Of a stretch of DNA of 64,000 bases, positions 63,473 to 64,000 are shown piece by piece. The stretch lies in assembly GCA_965112155.1 (NCBI GenBank), contig OZ218098.1; one strand, written 5' to 3'. The translations under genes were made by a program, and so were the position numbers. Source of the DNA: Podarcis liolepis. Lineage: Eukaryota. The notes beneath the pieces are model-generated. The model did no database searches. It was not told where the DNA came from and saw only the letters and a list, made by a program, of their open reading frames with translations. Numbering within the stretch: the stretch's first letter is position 1; each line of letters begins with the position of its first letter.

Positions 63473-63918
63473 CCTGCCCATCTGGCTGGGTTTCCCCAGC
63501 CACGCTGAGCGGCTCCCCACAGAATATTAAAAACACGATAGAACATCAAACATTAAAAACTTCTCTAAACAGGGTTGCCTTCAGATTCCTATAAAAATCA
63601 GATAGTTGTTTATTTCCTTGACATCTGGTGGGAGGGCATTCCACAGGGCTGGTGCCACTACTGAGAAGGCCCTCTGCCTGGTTCCCTGTAACTTCGCTTC
63701 TCGCAGTGAGGGAACCGCCAGAAGGCCCTCGGCGCTGGACCTCAGTGTCCAGGCTGAACGATGGGGGTGGAGATGCTCCTTCAGGTATACTGCACCGAGG
63801 CCGTTTTGGGCTTTAAAGGTCAGCACCAACACTTTGAATTGTGCTCGGAAACGTACTGGGAGCCAATGTAGGTCTTTCAGGAGCGGTGTTATGTGGTCTC
63901 GGCAGCCACTTCCAGTCA
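63421..63918 (-). mobile_element. Young L2 LINE 3' fragment with (ATT)n tail
   Basis: Minus-strand DHITPLLKDLHWLPVRFRAQFKVLVLTFKA…RAFSVVAPALWNALP, with the tail at 63422-63470. Confidence 0.92.
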
Positions 63919-64000
63919 TATATAGGTTCATATCGGCATTTGGACATGACATTATTGTGATGAACACTTGCACAGGTACAGTAGGCCACGTCACACATCA

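Overview
Vertebrate genomic DNA, almost certainly a squamate and probably a lacertid lizard (inferred from Sauria-type SINEs and the other repeat families). The whole window lies inside the + strand gene SLC25A21 (mitochondrial 2-oxodicarboxylate carrier): end of intron 1, exon 2 (17817-17865, 49 nt), a 43.2-kb intron 2, exon 3 (61109-61192, 84 nt) and the start of intron 3. Exon numbers are taken from the remembered human gene. Only one ORF in the supplied track (61008-61196) contains real host coding sequence; the rest are chance ORFs or transposon relics. The introns are dense with repeats: Sauria and other tRNA-SINEs, L2/CR1/RTE/RTEX/L1 fragments, pogo/Tigger-like and hAT MITEs with intact TSDs, and one clear plus one probable solo LTR. 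The most notable items are two young fold-back Penelope-like insertions carrying minimal type I hammerhead ribozyme motifs (one intact copy in the sense of the host pre-mRNA), a 53-bp-arm AT-rich palindrome, a 15-bp hairpin in unique sequence, a solo LTR nested in a SINE, and several repeat-free motif-rich blocks that may be enhancers of the neighbouring PAX9 gene. I found no wholly new protein-coding system; repeat family names come from memory and were not searched.
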